Source: Paraspadella gotoi (lineage: Eukaryota > Animalia > Chaetognatha). Taken from it: DNA of 64,000 nucleotides. Under the pieces are notes generated by a model, which was given only the letters and a program-made list of their open reading frames with translations, ran no database searches and was not told the origin of the DNA. The DNA lies in assembly GCA_051294375.1 (NCBI GenBank), contig CM119270.1, positions 17,171,904 to 17,235,903 of the forward strand, read 5' to 3'. A program made the position numbers and the translations under genes. This document shows positions 1 to 13,510 of this stretch, piece by piece; position 1 is the first letter of the stretch; the number at the start of each line of letters is the position of its first letter.

Positions 1-1640
1 AGATGGTAAATCTTTAAATCGTTTGTATCAGAATTTTAAAACTGATAATTAAAAAAATAAGTAAGTGAAAACATGTTTAAGAAATTAGTAAAAAATATTT
101 TTACATTTGCAAATAATTTATACCCTGAGTGTACATTTCTATAAAAATTAAAATGTAAGAAGCTGCATGAAACAAAACCAAAAGAGATATTTTAGAACCA
201 AATGTTTAGAAAATGTTCACTAAAATATTTACAGAAGCAAATAGACTTTGTCAATCGGCATAAATGCAGTTGTGATATTTCATGAATAAAACAATTCGAT
301 TAAGAAAAATTAAACATAAAAAAAAATATTGGTTAGAACAGTAACTTAACTGTACAATCCTGGTAACCAAAATGAAACAAATGTAATGAGTAAAATTGTC
401 AAAGCAAATCTTATCTTAACCCTTTTTTATAACCCTTTTAACCCTTTTAACCCTTTAAATTGCCGCAAGGGTGAGATGTGACCGCGTCTGAATTTTTACC
501 AGAATTACGAACCCCGACATGTTTTTATTGCCGAAAGCCATTCGACTCAACCGAGTATTGCCCAGAACTACTTAAACGCAGCGTCACTCGTCGATCCTCG
601 TCAAAACGTTGTGTTCAAACCCGAAAACTCAATCCACGTGACCGTCTCGACGAAATATAGCGTCGTTGGGCGTTTTGCCTTCCCAGGGAACGTGAAGCTG
701 ATTTTTCGGACGAAGTTTTATCGCGAAAAAACGAGTCCGCGTCGAAAACGAGAGAGACGGAGCGAAAGACGATGTCGTTAGGCGATGGGAGACGGCGTCA
801 TAGCGGACGCTATCGAGGCGGGGGCGGCGTGGCGAGCAAAAACACGATCGTTGTTGGGTCTTGCTTCCCCAGTCAACTTCTCCCATCCCCTCCGCCATTT
901 GTAAAATGGCCGTAGTTCCTCGGGTCGGCCGCGGGGCGGAGATGTCGCTCGCGGAGCAGAAGGAGAATTGAGAGGCAGGGGACGAACAAAAGGCAAGCGG
1001 GCAGAGCCGGACCGGGCCGGGCCGGACACTGGCCTCGTGAGAGCGTGGGCGGGGATACAAAATGTTAGGATTTAATTGTGACATGATTTTGACTAGCTCA
1101 TTATGCTTGTCTCTGTTTTTTTTTTAAATCAGACTTATCTTTATTATATAGAAAGTGTTAATTTGAATCGATTTTTTTCTAGGCTTTTTGAGGTTTCACT
1201 CGACTTGAGTTTGTGTTCAGAAAATACCGTACTTTCTTATTCATTCTTGTGGAAAACAATATCTATAAAACGTTTTTTACATTTATTTTCAATCAAGAAT
1301 TCACTGTTGAAACAAAACGAAGGCACAGAATTTCTTTCCAAAACAACTCCTGACCGGCAGATCCTCTCGGCTCAGTCGATTTGAATGCCAAATTTATTCG
1401 AGATAAGTTACAATATAATCCCCAAATTTCACGGCCTTTAACCACCTCGCACGACTAACGTGCGATCTCCCGCTTCGACCGTATCCCTGGGGTTTCGCGG
1501 TCGCCCCGTGGTTTAGTTCCCCCGGCTTCGATCCCCGTCGTGTCCACCGTTCGATCCCTAAACCGCGGGTGACTGGGAATTGGGTCCTCTTCGTATCCAC
1601 GATTGCCTTATTGGGAATTGTCTCTTATTTCGCCCTCCCA

Positions 1641-4600
1641 TTAAATTCCCACGGAGTCGACCGCCCCCACTTCCGGTTTGCTCTCGCCATTCGCTACCCA
1701 CGCGACGATCTTTCCTTCCCAACCCGGAACTAAGACGTCATCGTCCTCGCAGTCTTCGTCGTTGATTTCCAGTTTGACCGTCCCGAACTCGGGATCGAGA
1801 GATTTGAAGAAGAAGCGCGTTTTGTGCGTTTTTGTCGTCGTCGTCGTCGCTTCATAAGGTCCTTCTCCTGCCCAGCATTCGATGGGCAATATTCCTTTGA
1901 AATCCTTTAAGGTCACTTCCCCCACGGGTTTGGAAATCGTCGTCATGAATGGCGTGATCGTGGCGTCGGTAAAGTACAACACTTTCGTCACGGCGTCGCG
2001 CGGCGACGAGGCGGCCTCTGTGGTCGAGCATCTGATTTCGGCGCCCTGAACCGGCGTTTCCGACGATCTTCTGGGTGAGTTGACTTGAAGAATATCTTTA
2101 GAATTGGTCGCTCTGCTGGAAGATCGAGTCTCCACGCCTCTTCCAGTGTCGGAATGGTGGCGGTTTTCCAAGTTGAGTTTTTGGCGGGAATCTGGGTTCG
2201 TTTCTGCGCATGCGCGTCTCTCGGCGTTTGGGTCGAGATTTTCCTTTGCGCTTATTAAACGCGAAATCTCCACTCTGTTTAAAATTTAAAAAAAAATAAT
2301 TAGGTAAGTTCTATGATTGAAAATTCAAAAAAGAAAGTCATCAATAAAAATAGTTAATTAAATTTAAAACAAACTAGAAAACTATCTACCTCAATTCCCG
2401 AATGAGCGTCTCACTTTCCTCGACTCGATCTTTCTCCAGCCTTAACTCTTCCTCCTTCTCCTCCACTCGCTCCTTCCCCCTCTTCATCTCTTCCTTTATC
2501 TCGCTCTCCCTCTCCCTCTCCTCCTCTCTCTCCCTCGCCAACTCTTCGACTCGCTCTCTCTCCCTCGTCAACTCCTCCTGCTTCTCCTCCACCATCCTCA
2601 TCAATTCTCTGTGTTGTTTCTCCATCTTCGCCACGATCCGTTTCCTCTCTGTCTCCTCCTCCGCCATCGTCTCGCTCTCTGTCTGCGACTCTTGGCTCTT
2701 GGCGGCGAGTCTCCCCTTGAGAGACTCCTTCCTCCAAGACTTCCTCTTTTTCTCCGCCCCGACATCGTTGTCGTCGTCGTCGTCGTCGTTTTTCTCGTTG
2801 ATCTTCCGACGAAGGGCTGCGACTTCTTCGGCCTCCGATTGCCGAGATTCATCGACGAGGATGCGTTGAAGGCTGAGCAGAGCCTCTCGAGTCTCGCGGA
2901 GGTGTTCCTGAAGAAACGATTGGGAAATATATAAAGATGTAAATCTTATGAAACAAACCTAATCGTTAAATCACGCCAATCAACAAACGTGAAAATGAAG
3001 AGGAAAACATATTCGTAATTATTCAAAATTAGCTAATATTTCTCGTTGGATACAGAGATATAAATATCTCAAAAAAATTAATCTCGATTCAAAACTAAAA
3101 CTAAAATAAAATACGAATCAATTCAGTTAGAAAATATTCATTTCAAGCATTTAAATTAACATTTACGTAAAGTAAAACCTTCAAAATTCTGTGATTGTCC
3201 AAAAACGCCGCCCAGGTCGCGGCGTCTGGCGGCGCGCCGACGTCTCTCGTCTCCGAGCCGTCGGCGATCGATTCCAAAACCGGCGCGCTGACGACGATAT
3301 CGACGACGCCGGTTTTTCTGACGCCGGTTTCGTCGAGATCGATCTTTTCAACGCCGGTTTTTTCCTCCCTCCCGTCCCCCCTGTTCTTCCTCTTCCCTTC
3401 TTCCGCCTCCCCATCTTCGGCTCCTTCCGGCGCGCCTATTCGACGCCGTTCCGCTTCCGTCGCCGACTTGTTTCCAGTTTCGCCGACAAAGAGACGAACA
3501 CGAGCTTCGGTCGATCTCGGCGACCGGATTCCGGTATCGACGCCGGGGCGCCACGGCGTCGAAGAGGATGCCGTCGACGAGGATGACGAAGACGACGAGG
3601 TCGCCAATTTGTCGCGCGGCCACTTCCAGGCGATCGGGCGTCGACAAGGCGTGGAACCGGTGGCGTGGATTATCTTCGAGGATCCTGGCGTCATTGGTCT
3701 TTGGAAATCTCGCTCGAGAGTGCCCTTTGCCGTCCGAAACCTTTCGTTTCTACATCCGACAATCGCTTCGTCGCCGCGAGAAGGCGCTCGTACCGAAGCG
3801 CATTTTATTCCGCTCTCTCTTTCCGCGTTTCCTGTTCGAGAGTCTCTCTGTCTCTCTGTCTCTCTCTTTCCCTCTCCATCTCGCGTCACATTTCCGCATC
3901 TTCTTTCCCCATCAATCTCACCATCGTCCTTCAATTTCGACGTCGACATTCTTCTCCCATCCCCACCTCCATCATTTCCACCTCCTCTACCCCTCCAACT
4001 CCCACCCGCCACGCTCTTCGGTTTATAGAACGAGGCGATGACGTGGACGAGTCTCATTGACGATTTCACATTTCCGCCGACGACGTCTTTCGCGCGGACG
4101 GAGACGCGACGACCGGTTTCGGCTTCGAGGAAGTCGACGACGCGTTGGACTCGCCTCACGTCGTCGTCGTCGTCTTCCTCGGCGCCGTCAAACTCCTCTC
4201 GACTCAAGATCCTCAACAACTTCGTCAAAACGACGCCGTCGCGTAAATCCGCGCCGAAATCTTCGACGAAACCGACGCCGGACGACGCTGGATTTTCGTC
4301 CCAAGCGCCGTCCCTGTTTTGACGCCGCAAGTGGGCGTTGACCCAAGCGGCGTAGGCGCGCATCTGTTGGCATCGAGCGTTGGACGGCGCCGGTTGTGGC
4401 GAGTAGCGCGCCGGTTGCGATGAAGGCGACGTGGAGGAGCGCGAGAGGGAAAGTCTTGGCGGCGTCGGCGACGGTGTCGCCGGAGGATCGGGCGTCAAAG
4501 ATCGCGGCGTTCGGCGATGCCAAGCGGCGCCGTTCGAGGAGGAAATCTTTTGAGGATGGCGGCGTCGTGGGCGGAGGAGGAGGAAGAGGAGTCGACGCCG

Positions 4601-5131
4601 GCGTCGGTCGGTCGTCGCCATCCAAAATTCGGGGACGGCGACGAAGGCGTTAGGGAGCTCGGTCACTTTCGTCGCCGCCGCTGGCGTCCACGGCGTCGGG
4701 AGCCGCGGAGAAGGCGGACGACGCCGCGGCGAAATCGGCGGCGTTTTTTGATCGCTTTCCGTCGCCGTTCGAACGATTCCGGCGCCGGCGTCCTCCGCCC
4801 TTCGTGGCCGTGGACGCGCCGGTCGCGGACGCGTCGGCGGCGACAACGACGCCGACGATCTCTCGGAACCGGAACCGTCGACGCCGCCGCATCCGGAATC
4901 CGGCGTCGCGTGGCGGAGCTGCTTCGTCGGCTGCGGCGGAGCGGCGTTGGTGGAGCTTTTGACGGCGCCGACGGGTGACGCTGTCGGATCGGACGGAGAC
5001 GCTTCTCCGTCGGCAAGGAGTCGAACCACGGGGCGGGCCCGGACCGGGATCGGCGGCGGTCGGCCGGTGCGGCGCTGCGTGGCTGCGGCGCCGGGAATGC
5101 GGCGGCGTGGGGAGGATGGGAGGAGTTCCAT
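1641..5131 (-). CDS. DIXDC1: Dixin / DIX domain-containing protein 1 (Ccd1): CH domain, coiled coil and C-terminal DIX domain; Wnt pathway scaffold
   Basis: Three exons with GT-AG boundaries and consistent phases: 5131-3179, 2907-2390, 2274-1641. CH domain [38 protein letters not shown]; E/R/K-rich coiled coil; DIX domain [43 protein letters not shown], matching vertebrate DIXDC1 motifs. The start codon is uncertain and an upstream exon is possible. Confidence 0.93.
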
Positions 5132-7167
5132 CTCGTTGCTTGGGTGATAGAGAGATAGAATTAATAAAGAAAAAAATTATAAAGTTAATGAACGATCAAT
5201 AGATACGTAAATACTAATTTATTTGATGACAATTATTAATTAAACATCAGTCTAAGATCGTCAAATGTCTATTTGCACGCGCTCGCTCTTTAATTCGCGT
5301 GACAAAACAAAATATCGTCAAATCGAGCACGCCAAATCTTTTTTTTTTTCCCTTTTTTTTTCTCAAAATTGTCGCCACAAAAATAAAAAAGTGGCCATAC
5401 TTTAAGATCGCATTTTTTTTAGTTAAAGAGGAAGTTTGGCAAAAAAAAGGGAAAAGGAAAAAGGAATATAAAGGATTATAAGAAAAAATAAGGAACGAAG
5501 GAAGAAATAGAGGGAAAGAGAAAGATGCTGAGGAAGTTGAATCCGGTTTGGTTGAAACACGAACAGAGATAGAGGATGAAAAACGAAAAAAGTGTTTTTC
5601 TGAAAAAAAAAAAAAAAACTCTGTTTAACGACGATTAAGACTAACATAGAATTTATCAAATGATAACCGTAATACTAGTCATCTTAAAGTCTCTAAGTGA
5701 CTGAAATTGTAATTAAAATACATTTTTTTCTGCTTGATTAATTTTTAAAATATTTTTGAGAAAAATTAATGGCTAAAAAAAAAACAAATGCGATCAGTTT
5801 AAAAAATGTTGTAAAAAAATGTTGATCGGATGGGATTGTGGATTGCGATGAGAATTAAAACTTTATTTTGAAGAAACAAACGTCTCAAGGATAATGTTTG
5901 CTGAGAACAGAGTGAAAGAGAGCGAGAGAGAAAAGAGAGAGAGAGAGAGTGAAAAAGAGAACGACAAAGAGGGAGAAAGAAAAAAAGAGAATGTTCTAAA
6001 GTTTGTTGATCAAAATTAAATTAATTGCTTTTTTTTTTTGAAGAAAAATCAAGTTGGGAGGAAAAAAATTGTTAAAGTGAGATTGGAAAGTTTTGGTGTC
6101 CGTGGGATGATAGCATGACTTGTTAGGGAAATGAAGTCCTAAATTGGATAGGACTGAACTCGACATATTGGCGGAATGAAATCGCCAAAAAATTTTGTTC
6201 ATTGTAAGTAGGATTGAAATCGACAAGAGCTTTTTACTGAAAATAGATATGGAATTGAATTTCCGTGTCTGTAGTAGGCTTCAACAACAAAGAAGCAGAT
6301 AACAAAAAATATCTAAAAAAAAAACAAACTTTTCTTTAAAAAAACAAAACAAAAAACAATATTTCAGCGGATGTCAACACTACATTCTATAAATATTTTT
6401 GTCCTTTACGATATATCTAATAACTGAAAGCCTGGATTTTTGTCAGATAACAGTCCTACTATCAAGATGCTAAAATCCACGTTTCATCGACGTCAACCCT
6501 ATTGCTTTGCATGTCGCGAAAATCGCATGATTTCAAGTTTTTCGAAGAACGGAAACCCCGTGGGGTCTGGAAGAGGGAGCGAGGGGGGGTGGAGGGTGTA
6601 GAGGGTGAAATGGGGGAGAAGGGGGAGTTTTGCGGAAGTTAGGGGGGGGAGGCAGCAGGAGAGAAAGAATCGGGGAAAGAGATCTGGCATCTTAGAAACT
6701 GGATTCATTATTTTCAACTTTTTCTTTCTTTTTTGATTGGATAAATGATTGGACTAATTGATAGGATAATTGTCTATTAATAGGGAACCAAAATAAAACT
6801 CCGTTGTATTTTACTGTCTTTCAGTTCTTTCTTCTCATTTCTTCTTATTCAATGCAAGTGTTTTTTTCTGACATTTTTTTTTTAGAAAACGAGTCTTGTG
6901 TCTTGACATTTAATTTCCGTCGCTAAAAACCCGAAAAAAAGTTTTGATGGATCGATCGAGTAGATGCTAAATTTAGATTTTTTAGAACTCTACAGTTTTC
7001 ACTTCACTCTTTTGAAAATTGAAAAAAAAAGAACACGGGGAAACTAAGAATCCGTGAATAGATTCCGTTTGATCGAGAGAGTTTGTGAAAACCCCTTGAG
7101 GGAGAAACTTGATGCAAAGAAAATTCACGATCTCAAATGTGAAAAGTCCTTGCTCGAGATTTACTGA

Positions 7168-7277
7168 CATCTCACAGGATCTCACCGAGTCTCACAGAGT
7201 CTAACCGAGTATAACCGAGTGTCATCCAGTCTCACCGAGTCTCACACAGTCTCACCGAGTCTCACCGAGTCTCACCC
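7168..7277 (+). repeat. 10-bp minisatellite (TCTCACCGAG/TCTCACAGAG)n
   Basis: About 10 degenerate copies visible in tandem. Confidence 0.85.
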
Positions 7278-8249
7278 CCCGAATTTGTCTTCACTCTTCG
7301 CATTGTTCCTCTTCTTATTCAAGAATCTCACCTCTTAACCTTACCTCAAACTAGAAGAACAATGAAACGACGGTAATGCGATCACATCGAAAAGAAATAG
7401 AAAAAAAAATAAAATGATATCGAAAAGGAAACAAATGAGTTTTAATTTAAAGTTAAATATCTTCTGTACTGCATATTGCACAACGTATGTTAGGAAACCT
7501 TTTTCTCATGTTTATTTTGTACAATAGAACAATAAATAGTTTAATTAAACTAAAATTTCAAAATTACAGAAGCGTCAAACTTTTGACACAGCGCCCCTCG
7601 TGACGTTTTTCACGTCATACACGATTCACTCTTCTCACATCTCACCTTTGATCGTCCGACCAGAGAATCATGGTGTCGTTGTTGTTGTTGTAGTTATTAT
7701 GAAACGAAACGATCCCGTCAGTCATATTTCTTGTCTTGAATTGTTTATTAATCTTTTTTATAATAATTTTTCGTTAATTCAGATTTCGTCCTCTTTTTTT
7801 GTTCTTTTGATTTCTTTCGTTGTTGTTGTCTTCATCTCCTGATGAAGAACCGTAAAAGAAAAATTGAGAAGAAATTTAATTTCGTTTTGAAATTTAGACG
7901 ACGACGACGACGTCGACGACAATGAGGACGACAATAAAAGAAGACGATGACAATGACAGCGACTCAGATTTATTATTTAATAAAAAACAAAAAGCCCATC
8001 GAGTTTTGATTTTGTTTACAAAAATGGAATGTAACAAAAACAAAAATCAAGGCGCGAGCGATAAGGATACTATATAAAAAAGCAAGGATTCCTCGGTACA
8101 TTTAGTATTATTGTATTAACATAATTAGCCAAAGTGACGTAGTAGACGCTTTGTTTTCCCGGTTTTGTCATCCGAATTTTTTTCTCGTTTCTCAGGAAGA
8201 AAATTATCGATCCTGATTTTTCTCCGCGTAATTTTTTTTTGGTGGCAGC

Positions 8250-8448
8250 TGGGTGTCGTCGTCGTCGTCGTCGTCGTCGTCCTCGTCATCTGCTTCGTCA
8301 CGGATGTTGTTATTGCTTTCGTCGTCTTCGTCGTCGTCGTCGTCGTCGTCGTCTTCCTTAAATTCATCGTGGTCATCGTTATATTGCCTTCGTAATTTTC
8401 ATCTTCGTCGTCGTCGTCGTCGTCGTCGTCGTCATCATCTTCTTCAAA

Positions 8449-8481
<33 letters not shown>

Positions 8482-8482
8482 C
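8250..8482. repeat. Compound (GTC)n/(GAC)n microsatellite
   Basis: Several long GTC runs. The same motif recurs across the window, e.g. 27640, 28710-28815, 33925-34060, 42815-42850, 54205-54230, 55465-55570. Confidence 0.9.
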
Positions 8483-8678
8483 AAAACAAACAAAAAAAAA
8501 AGAAAGAAAGAAAACTCGGAATTCGTGACTCAACTGAATTGATTTGGGACTCAGATAGTTACTCGAAAACTTTCATCTAGAAGAGAGAAGATTTGTAAAT
8601 TGTAGTACGATTTAGCGGGGACAATTACAAAAAGTGTATGTTCCGTATAGTTAATTAACATGCTAATAAGTGTATAAT

Positions 8679-10191
8679 TAGACGATGAGCATCGTTCGAA
8701 TCGAAAGCTCCGATCAAGTTTCCTTTATATTCAGCTTCTTATTTCAAAAACTGCATAGTCAGCCAAACAATTTGTCAATATGGGCAGATTTCGAAATGCT
8801 TGGCGTCTTGGAAGCCGAATGGAGGTATGAGCGCGATCGAAATTCCGATTTTATCACCTGCCCAATAAATGGTATTTAAAATGGACTGGTCAGGGTGTTT
8901 TTTCCCTATTCCAGAGAAAAACTACTGCTCTTGAGATAAAAACAGCCAAAAATCATAACATGTATACAGTTCGGAAACTTATTGTCTTCTCTAACATGAT
9001 GGAAAAAAGCAAAATTAAAATTCTTGCAATCTTAATGTGCTTGATAAGCAATCAAATGAACTGGTTTTTTAGGCTGAAAACTGCATAGTCAAGCCTTCAA
9101 ATTTTTCAAATTTTTATCACAATTGACAGAAACTGTATTGTTTTACTACTTAATCAGGTAGAGGCGAGCTTAATTCGAAAAGCTTTTCTAATATACAGCA
9201 AAATTTAAAAACCAAAAAGTCCAATAAAAACTTATTAAAAACAAAATGTGATCAGTGTTGCTTTGTGAGTTCCAAATGCTAGAAAAAATAAATATTTAAA
9301 TATATAATATAATATAATATGATGAATATATAATATATAAAAATATTTATATAATATAGATTATAGTATGAAAATAATTTTTATGTTCATCTGATGAAAG
9401 GTAGTATTATATATAAAAATATATATGTATCAAACAATATATTGTTATAATAAAATTAGCTAATTTTTTTAAACGGCAAATTTTTTTTTATTATGGAATG
9501 ATTAAAAAATATAAGATTAAAAATAAAATTTAATTTAATAAAATATAATAATTATGTTAAATATAAAAATTTTTTAAAAAAATTTATTTTTTTATTTTAA
9601 TATAATAAAATAATAATAATAAAATAATAATAAATAAATAAAATATAATATGTTTATTTTTTAATTTTTTTTTTAATTTTAATTATTATTTTTATTATTC
9701 TTAATATATATTTTATTATTATTATTTTTATTATTATATATAATCTGATACAATAATATATATTTTATAATAAAATAATTTATTTTTATTTATTTAAAAT
9801 TATATAAAAAAATGTTTTTTATTATTTAAATATTTTATATAGTTTAAAAAAAAATATTTTTATGATTAATAAATATAAAGAAATTATTTTAACTGAACGG
9901 GAATTTTTCTGACAAAATTCAGGCCCAGATCTCACTGTGCGCCGGTTTCTAAAAAGCTTAGTAGCTACGCGATAGTAACTAATCTTTGTTGGATCAAAAC
10001 GAGCTCGATTTAAGAGGAAAGTTGATCGGTTTTGAAGAGCGATTTTTGCGATTGCTTTTTGGCCGATTACTTTTGAACGGGAATTGTCGGATATGATTGA
10101 AATTTATGCGATGTAGTTAATGTTTTGCAATTGTCTATCGAACGCTACCAAATTTGATATAAAACAGATGAGTTTTTAGAAACGATGCTCA
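8679..10191. mobile_element. Non-autonomous TIR DNA element with hAT-like TAGA(GA)TGAGC ends and AT-rich core; reverse-complement copy of 13509-15170
   Basis: GATGAGCATCGTTC at 8684-8697 and its near reverse complement GAAACGATGCTCA ending at 10191. No convincing ORF and no clear target-site duplication. Confidence 0.5.
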
Positions 10192-10325
10192 NNNNNNNNN
10201 NNNNNNNNNNNNNNNNAAAAAAAAAAGAAAAGATAAAGAAGAGAATAAAAAAGAAAAAATAAATCAAAATGAAACCAACGAAAAACAAAAAAGCTAAATG
10301 NNNNNNNNNNNNNNNNNNNNNNNNN

Positions 10326-13300
10326 GAGAGAGTGAAAAAGAGACGACACAAGAGGGAGAAAGAAAAAAAAAGCGAATGTTCTACCAAAGTTTGGTTTGAT
10401 CAAGCAATACTCATAAATTAATTGCCTCTTTTTTTTTTATGAAGAAAAAATCAGTTGGGCCGGAAAAAAAATTGTACGTAACGCTGAGAAATTAGGAAAG
10501 TTTTGGGTGTCCCGTCTGGGATGATAAGCTATGGACTTGGTCTAGGACGAATGAAGTCCCTTAATTGATAGGACTTGACTCGACATGATTGGCGCGGAAT
10601 GGAAATCGCCAACAAATTTGTTGAGCATTGTGTAATAGGGATTGAAATCGACAAGAGCTGTTTATACTGGAAATAGCACTATGGGAATTTGCAAATTTCC
10701 GCTGTCTGTAGTAGGCTTCAAAACACAAAAGAACGCCTTTAGATTCTAACACAAAAGAGGTATCTAAACAAAGAACAACATTATAACTCTTCGAAAAAAC
10801 ATAACTTCAAAAAGAACAATATTCTGAGCGAGAAATGCGTCACACGCTTTTCGACGCATTTCTAGATAATTTTATGTGTGTCGTGACTTTAGGGATATAT
10901 CTAATACCGCATAGGGCCTGTTGATTTTTGATATCGAGATAACCTTTTTGCAGTTTTTGACCATTTTATTGAAGTCCATGTATCTTGATCATAGACGCAA
11001 AACTATCCACGTTATATATTCATCGACGTCATCGCCACTGTTGCAGTGCTATTTTTTGAGCCATGTCCGCGCAAAATCGCATGATTTCAAGTTTTTCACG
11101 AAGATCGGAAACCCGCCGTGGGGTCTGGAAGAGGGAGGGAGGGAGCGGCGTGGAGGGTGTAAGCAGGTGAAATGGGGGAAGAAGGGAAGAGTAGTTTAGC
11201 AGGATAGTTAGGGGGGAGGCAGCAGGAGAGAAAGAATCGGGAAAGAAGATTCTGGCTTTAGAAACTGGATTCATTATTTCTCAGAACTTTTCTACTTTCT
11301 TTTTATGGAGTTGGATGTAAACGAGATTGGACTAATTGATAGATTAATTGATAGAGAGACGGGGGAAACCTGGAAAATAAAACTCTCAACGCGTTGTGAT
11401 TTTACTGTGCTATTCAGTTCTTTCTTCTCATATTCTTCTTAATGTCAATGCAAGTGTTTTTTTCTGACATTTTTTTTTTAAGAAAAAAGAGTGCTTGTTT
11501 GAGGTCTTGTACATTGTAATTTGCCGTCGCTAAAAATACCTCGAGAAAAAAGTTTTGATGGATCGCATCGAGGGTAGAATGCTAAATTTAGATTTTTTAG
11601 AACTCTAATTTTTCACTTCACTCTTTGAAAATTGAAAAACAAAAGAACACGGGGAAACTAAGAATCCGTGAATTAGATTCCGTTGATGAGAAGTCTGTTG
11701 GAAACACACATCCGTTGAGGGAGAAACTTATGGCAAGAAAATCACGTTTTATGATCTCATGTGACTTAGGTTTGCTAAGTCTCTTGTGCATCGATGATTT
11801 CGACTGGCGATATCATCAGGAATCACGTACCAACTCCAGCGAGTCTCCAGAGATCATAAACCATGAGTATAAGAAGTCGAGTGGCAGCTCGAACGAGTAC
11901 ATCCAAGGCCGAGGTACAGTATACACTAGTTCTCAATACGGTGTCCTCCACGAATCACGTAGTGAGATCGTCTCACGCACACCTACGAACATGCATTTCT
12001 GTTATTCACTCATATGGCATTGAGAAACGTATATAAGGTCACTTTAAAGCTTAACATTTATCATACTAGAGGCATATGAAACGGACGGTAGAGGACGAGA
12101 GCATCGAAGATGAATAAGAAAAGAAAATAAAAAGTGAATAGTCAATCGAAAAAGAGAAGACAAGGAATAGTTATATTTTAAATTTAAGTTAAAGATTCGT
12201 GGGTCTGTAGGGGATGAGGCATGAGCACAACAGACAGTGAAGAGAATGGTGTGAGGGAAAAGAGCCTTTTATGTGCTCAGAGTGTTTAAAGTTTATGTAA
12301 CAAAGTAACAAAGAACATATAAGAGGATGTTAAAATATGAACTAAGTATCAAAAATTACAGAAGCGTCAAAATTTTGGACCAAGAAGCAGGAGCAGCAGC
12401 GCGCGTGCGTGACGTTTTTCACGTCAAAATAACGACTTCACTCTTCTCACATCTCAACTTTGATCGTGCCGACCGAAGAGAAATCGATGGTGTCGTTGTT
12501 GTTGTTGTAGTTATTATGAAAGAAACGATCGCTCAGTCATATTTCTCTTGTCTTGAAATTGTTTATAAATCTTGGGTGGGTTATAAAAATTTTTCGTTAA
12601 GTTCAGATTTCTCCTCTTTTTGTTATGTTCTTTTGATTTCTTTCGTTGTTGTTGGTTGTCATCTCCTGAATGAAGAACCGTAAAAGAAAAGTGAGAAAAT
12701 TTAGATTTCGTTGTTGAAGATATTTAGACGAGAGAACGAGAACGAGTCGACGACAATAAGGACGAAAATAAAGAAGACGAGGGGACAATAGGACAGGGAC
12801 TCAGAGATTTATTGATATTAATAAAACGAAAAAGCCATCGAGTTTTGATTTTGGTTTACAAAAATGGAATGTAACAAAAACAAAAATCAAAGGCGCGAGC
12901 GATAAGGATACTATAGGTAAAAAAGCCAAGGATTCCAACGTACATTTAGTAATTATTAGGTAAAGGGTTAACATAATTAGCAAAGTGACGATAGTAAAAG
13001 AATAGCTTTGGTTGTTCCGGTTATATTGTCATGACGCGACGAATTTTTTTTATTACTCAGTGATTCTCTACAAGGAAGAAAAATTATCGACTAGGAATTT
13101 TTCTCCGCGGTACAGGGTTTTTTTTTGGTATGGCAAGCTGGGTGTCGTCGTCGTCGTCGGTGCCCATTCGTATCGGTGCTTCAGTCGCGGATGTTTGGTT
13201 TTGACTTTCGTCGTCTTCGTCTTCGTCGTCGTACGTCTCCTTAAGATTACTCGTGGTCAAATCGTTAATAAGATTCGCGCTAATCTCGTAAAATTTATCA

Positions 13301-13510
13301 AAAATCTTCGTGCGTCGGTCGGTCGAGATCGGTCGTCGTCACGTCGTCATCTTCTTCGAAACTCGTCGTCGTCGTCGTCTGTGCCGTCGTCGTCGTCCAA
13401 AAAAACAAAACAAAAAAAAAAGAAAGAAAGAAAAAACTCGGAATTCGTACGACCTCAAAACTGAATTGATTTGGGACTACAGATCTAGTTACTCGAAAAA
13501 CTTTCATCTA
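10326..13510 (+). repeat. Indel-rich direct duplicate of 5935-8580 (probable raw long-read gap fill)
   Basis: Collinear with 5935-8580 throughout but with many 1-3 nt insertions; starts right after a 25-N gap. Confidence 0.9.

Noticed and set aside
416-1100. TAACCCTTT repeats (telomere-like or a piggyBac TTAA-CCC end) and GC-rich ORFs at 629-1084
   Set aside because: No matching opposite terminus, no recognisable protein motif and no convincing splice structure.
7835-7880. CTGATGA...GAAA hammerhead-ribozyme-like core (also checked 9391 and 48664)
   Set aside because: Flanking stems I-III cannot be formed.
8125-8493. Asp-rich ORF on the minus strand resembling acidic biomineralisation proteins
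   Set aside because: It is a decayed (GAC)n microsatellite with a frameshift and no acceptor or signal peptide. A clearly intronic GTC tract (33920-34060) gives the same acidic-looking translation.
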